Source: an uncultured Ignavibacteria bacterium (GTDB taxonomy: Bacteria; Bacteroidota; Ignavibacteria; Ignavibacteriales; Ignavibacteriaceae). From it: DNA of 64,000 nt. The translations under genes were made by a program, and so were the position numbers. The notes under the pieces were generated by a model. It worked only from the letters and a program-made list of their open reading frames with translations. It did not search any database and was not told where the DNA came from. Positions 60,586-64,000 of this stretch are shown in pieces. Every line of letters starts with the position of its first letter. The stretch's first letter is position 1. The DNA lies in the NCBI GenBank assembly GCA_963832715.1, contig CAWHVB010000001.1, positions 100,065-164,064 of the forward strand, written 5' to 3'.

Positions 60586-61680
60586 TTATTGTCCGAAAGA
60601 AATACCTACGGCTTTTGCCGCAAATACTGCCTGATCATCGGGTTTTACCAGTTTCTGCCGTGCAATGGCATCTTCTATTTTTACATTCCTGATCTCGCTC
60701 CCTTTGAGCGCAACCATTCTGTCGAATTTCTTCCTGCTTGCAAGGTCTATTGCGTATGCACCGAATTTAGTCGACAATATTCTGTCATATGCAGTGGGAC
60801 TCCCTCCCCTCTGCAGATGCCCTAATACTGTTACTCTGGTCTCTCTTCCGGTGTTCTGCTCGATCTTCTTGGCTACTACTTCCCCGATGCCGCCAAGCTG
60901 GTTCGGATCATGCCTTTTGATGTCCTGACCTTTTACTACTAATCCGCCGTCCTGCGATTTGGCGCCTTCGGCTACGCAGACAAGACTGAATTTTTTTCCC
61001 TGAAGTTCACGTTCCTTAATCTTATTATAGATCTTATCCCACGAGAAAGGGATTTCCGGTATCAATATAATATCGGCGCCTCCTGCAAGACCTCCGTTCA
61101 AGGCAATCCATCCGGCATACCGTCCCATTACTTCTACAACGATTACACGGTGATGGGATGATGCGGTTGTATGAAGTCTGTCGAGCGCCCACATTACAAC
61201 ATATACAGCCGAGTCGTGTCCAAAAGTCATATCGGTTGCTTCAAGATCATTATCGATGGTCTTTGGTACTCCTATCACATTCATTCCCAGGGCCGACATT
61301 TTATTGCAGATGTGCATTGTGCCGTCACCGCCGATTGCAATTAATGCATCAAGGTTCCAGGCCTGGTAATTTTTCAGTGCGTCCTGTGATTTATCGAATA
61401 TTTCAATTCTGCCGTCGCGATCAACGGGCCAGTGGAATGGATCTCCTTTGTTGGAAGAACCCAGCACAGTTCCCCCTCTTGCCAGTATACCTGAAACATC
61501 ATCATTTTTAAGTTCTTTTGCTCTTCCTTCTACCAGGCCTTCGAAGCCGTCTCTTATTCCGAATACAGTCATTCCGTAATCCTGTGCGGGCTTCGTTACC
61601 CCGCGGATAACGGCATTTAGTCCGGGACAATCGCCTCCGCCTGTTAATATTCCAATTCTTTTTACCTTTCCTGCCGGCAT
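60586..61680 (-). CDS. pfkA: 6-phosphofructokinase
   Basis: GGDCPGLNAVIRG, IGGDGT and PKTIDND. The combination of Gly in GGDG and Lys in PKTIDND does not let me assign ATP or PPi as the donor with confidence. Confidence 0.9.
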   Translation of the reverse strand: MPAGKVKRIGILTGGGDCPGLNAVIRGVTKPAQDYGMTVFGIRDGFEGLVEGRAKELKNDDVSGILARGGTVLGSSNKGDPFHWPVDRDGRIEIFDKSQDALKNYQAWNLDALIAIGGDGTMHICNKMSALGMNVIGVPKTIDNDLEATDMTFGHDSAVYVVMWALDRLHTTASSHHRVIVVEVMGRYAGWIALNGGLAGGADIILIPEIPFSWDKIYNKIKERELQGKKFSLVCVAEGAKSQDGGLVVKGQDIKRHDPNQLGGIGEVVAKKIEQNTGRETRVTVLGHLQRGGSPTAYDRILSTKFGAYAIDLASRKKFDRMVALKGSEIRNVKIEDAIARQKLVKPDDQAVFAAKAVGISFGQ

Positions 61681-61816
61681 TTTATTCCTTCACTTTTTAA
61701 ATATAGATCGGCTTTAAATATAATATTTTTGAATGACGTTTGAAGAGAGGATGGAGGATTTATTTTTAGGATTTTTTTTATAGCGGAATACTGTTTAGGT
61801 TTACCTATGTTTTCTT

Positions 61817-61869
61817 AAGCCGAACAGCGTTCGGCTTTACAGGAGCGAACGGCGATCGGCTTTACAGGT
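61817..61869. repeat. two hairpin+TTTACAGG modules (third stem variant)
   Basis: GCCGAAC-AGC-GTTCGGC (61819-61835) followed by TTTACAGG (61836-61843). A second, broken module is GCGAACGGCGATCGGC followed by TTTACAGGT (61861-61869). The stop codon of the next gene lies at 61871. Confidence 0.75.
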
Positions 61870-61870
61870 A

Positions 61871-62305
61871 TTAATAGTGATCCTCGTATTCAACTTTGCC
61901 CTCTTCTGTAAATTTCTTTTCATAGCTGAGCCGGCCTTTATCGTATTTCTGGATCCGCTCGGTTTTTCCGTCCTGGTAGTATCTTCGTGATTCACCGTTT
62001 ATAACGCCGTTATCATAATGGGCAACAATTCTTAATTGTCCGTTCGGATAATAAGCTTTCAGATCTCCCTGCATTTTATCATTGATAAAATTTACTGTGG
62101 AAGCAATGTTTCCATTTTCAAAGTAATATTTCTGCACGCCGTTCTTTTTGCCGTTTTCCATTGTTGTCGTCGATTCGAGTTTGCCGCTGTCATAATACGT
62201 CTTCTCAATATTCCCCTCGTCGGGATTATTCTTACTTTCCTGGCAGCCTGCTGCAACAGAAAAGAGAGTAAAAATGACGATAAACTGGAATGAAACTCTG
62301 AACAT
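61871..62305 (-). CDS. MORN-repeat-variant (YwqK-like) lipoprotein
   Basis: Lipobox VAAGC, with repeated YY.nG.l......nGk..G motifs. Confidence 0.7.
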   Translation of the reverse strand: MFRVSFQFIVIFTLFSVAAGCQESKNNPDEGNIEKTYYDSGKLESTTTMENGKKNGVQKYYFENGNIASTVNFINDKMQGDLKAYYPNGQLRIVAHYDNGVINGESRRYYQDGKTERIQKYDKGRLSYEKKFTEEGKVEYEDHY

Positions 62306-62465
62306 CTTAATTCTCCGTAAAATTCTTTATTCGGTACAAAAATTAAAAAAATGAAAGCCTAAATTAAAGGCGAAGAGCGAAGGACGGAGTAATGGAGGAA
62401 TGATAAAAGGAATCGTAAACTGGTTGAGTGATGTGAACGGTGTTGACATTCATATCATTCAATTC

Positions 62466-63155
62466 TTAAATATTAAGGTACTCATTCCAGATTTTATAAA
62501 GCTGCCAGGTAGCATAAACATCTTCTCCGCAGTATACAGCTATATCCTTTACCCTGCCTGATTCATAAAGATCCTTAACGTCCATTCCTGTGATGCCTTT
62601 TGATTTGGGAGATTCAATTCCGAAAGCGCTGCAGTAAAAATCCAGGTTGAATTTCCTCGTCAGACCCGAAAAAGTAAGCTGATCAAGGAGATCTATATGG
62701 TACGACTGATCATACCTTTTCCCGATAAGATTTTTAGATGGCTTAACCTTCAGCATTGCAGATCTGATCATAAGAAAAGGAGCATCAAACCCCCTCCCGT
62801 TGAAAGTAATGACCTGGCCGGCAACGTCCGCAATCCTCCAGAACGACGTTAACATTTCTTTTTCATCAACCGCTTTGTATTGAACTTTCTTTTCATCGGA
62901 TGACCATTCTTCTCCTGAAGGATCATTATAATAAACAAACATCTTTTCTTTTTCTACATCGAAAATTCCGATAGCAACTACGCTTGCAGTATACGGATAG
63001 AGACTGGTATACCTTACAGCTTCTTCCCGTTTTTCTTTCCGCAGTGCTTCAGTAGGTTCTTTTTCTGCGTACCTGAGAAGATATTCCTGCTGACTTTCAG
63101 TTAATGATTCAAATGGGCGGCAGCAGGTTTCAATATCAAAAACGATTCGGCGCAT
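62466..63155 (-). CDS. RNase H-fold 3'-5' exonuclease (PolB-exonuclease-like, DEDDy)
   Basis: VFDIETC (ExoI), FNGRGFDAPFL (ExoII), YCGEDVYAT (ExoIII). Confidence 0.7.
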   Translation of the reverse strand: MRRIVFDIETCCRPFESLTESQQEYLLRYAEKEPTEALRKEKREEAVRYTSLYPYTASVVAIGIFDVEKEKMFVYYNDPSGEEWSSDEKKVQYKAVDEKEMLTSFWRIADVAGQVITFNGRGFDAPFLMIRSAMLKVKPSKNLIGKRYDQSYHIDLLDQLTFSGLTRKFNLDFYCSAFGIESPKSKGITGMDVKDLYESGRVKDIAVYCGEDVYATWQLYKIWNEYLNI

Positions 63156-63167
63156 TCTCTCCCCAAA

Positions 63168-63614
63168 TTATTCTTTGATTATTTTAACTTCTCCCTCAAA
63201 GGATTTTACTTTCTCATAGAAGAATTCCGGCAGTGCCATCGATTTCCTGGTCTTCGGGTCTACCTGGACAACAACTCCGGAGCCGTCCACTATAATTTCA
63301 TTCGTTCTTTTATTTTCAATAATGTGGTCAAATCCGTATGAAGAGTTTTTAATGTAAGAAATTCTCGTGTAGATGTTCAGCTCATCATCATAGTGTGCAT
63401 GTCCGCGGTAATTGATTTCGTTCCTTACCATAAAGAATAACCTGCCGTCTGAAAAAATACCGCCTTCCGGCATCAGGCCGGCGGCTTTGATGTATTGAAG
63501 TCTTGCGTGTTCAAAATAGTTAATGTATACAGCATTATTGCATACACCGAGCATATCTACTTCATTAAAACGGACAGTTACCGTTATCTTATGTTTGAAT
63601 TCAGCTTTATCCAT
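63168..63614 (-). CDS. acyl-CoA thioesterase, 4HBT/YbgC family
   Basis: The internal ATG at 63614 gives MDKAEFKHKITVTVRFNEVDMLGVCNNAVYINYFEHAR, a hot-dog-fold YbgC-type N-terminus. Confidence 0.75.
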   Translation of the reverse strand: MDKAEFKHKITVTVRFNEVDMLGVCNNAVYINYFEHARLQYIKAAGLMPEGGIFSDGRLFFMVRNEINYRGHAHYDDELNIYTRISYIKNSSYGFDHIIENKRTNEIIVDGSGVVVQVDPKTRKSMALPEFFYEKVKSFEGEVKIIKE

Positions 63615-63615
63615 C

Positions 63616-64000
63616 TTAATTGAATACTTCCCTGATAATTTTACAAGCCTTGTCTGTCTCATCGAAGCTGACGTCCAGGTGAGTAATTGCCCTGAGCGAA
63701 TCGATTTTTCCCACCGAGATTAAAAGTCCTTTTTCCTTACAGGCAGCAATTGCCTTTTCGACAGTCATCTTCAAAGGTCTGAATATCAGTATGTTCGTCT
63801 GTACAGCATCCATATTTATCTCGAGTGATGAGATCCCGGATATTGTTTCGGCAAGGATTTTTGCTTTCCTGTGATCTTCTTCGAGCCTTTCAATATTGTT
63901 CTTCAAGGCGTACAAACCGGCCGCAGCTATAATTCCCGCCTGCCTCATTCCCCCGCCCCAGGCTTTTCTAACTCTGAATGCTTCTTTAATAAATTCTTTT
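63616..64000 (-). CDS. low-specificity threonine aldolase (PLP enzyme), N-terminal part outside the window
   Basis: The frame stays open to the window edge (KEFIKEAFRVRKAWGGGMRQAGIIAAAG). RK..GGGMRQAG is the family's PLP-lysine region. Confidence 0.75.
   Translation of the reverse strand, partial: KEFIKEAFRVRKAWGGGMRQAGIIAAAGLYALKNNIERLEEDHRKAKILAETISGISSLEINMDAVQTNILIFRPLKMTVEKAIAACKEKGLLISVGKIDSLRAITHLDVSFDETDKACKIIREVFN

Overview
Chromosomal window from an FCB-group bacterium, probably Ignavibacteria/Bacteroidota-like. That placement is an inference from several NYPNPFNP-type T9SS sorting domains, a GH92, a TonB receptor with a CarboxypepD_reg domain, and sigma-54 regulators next to K+ transporters. 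Gene content, left to right: M28 peptidase, YceI, M48 peptidase, a Spy-like/MacA/MacB/TolC efflux operon, O-methyltransferase, PQQ-propeller protein, an HK/RR/hybrid-HK trio, GH92, PaiB, M1 peptidase. Next comes a K+ locus (sigma-54 response regulator, DUF4118-GAF, ktrBA, histidine kinase), then NmrA and MDR oxidoreductases and an orphan two-domain KaiC with a coiled-coil tail. These are followed by a T9SS propeller-repeat protein, a membrane-anchored propeller/YYY/sigma-54 activator, a T9SS HExxH protease, a TonB receptor and a beta-lactamase-fold hydrolase. A low-GC block (about 33% against about 43-45% elsewhere, from by-eye counts of sample lines) carries kdpFABC, a porin, the KdpD N-module and an HK, and ends at tRNA-Asp(GTC). 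The window closes with pfkA, a MORN lipoprotein, a DEDD exonuclease, a thioesterase and a truncated threonine aldolase. I found no clear new multi-gene system: no cas, reverse transcriptase, integrase, transposase, phage or toxin-like genes. Worth a second look: (1) a dispersed intergenic hairpin family with locus-specific covarying stems and an invariant CTTTACAGG tail, including a spacer-less 30-nt array and a 187-nt tandem duplication; (2) nine reading-frame breaks in seven genes, all between 21.5 and 43.3 kb; (3) a roughly 1150-aa transmembrane sigma-54 activator; (4) tRNA-Asp flanked by partial tRNA copies and bounding the low-GC kdp block; (5) an orphan KaiC behind a 665-nt ORF-free leader; (6) an 850-nt ORF-free region with duplicated palindrome-bearing elements upstream of a TonB-receptor operon. 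All calls rest on reading the sequence and ORF translations and on family motifs recalled from memory. No searches or computations were run.
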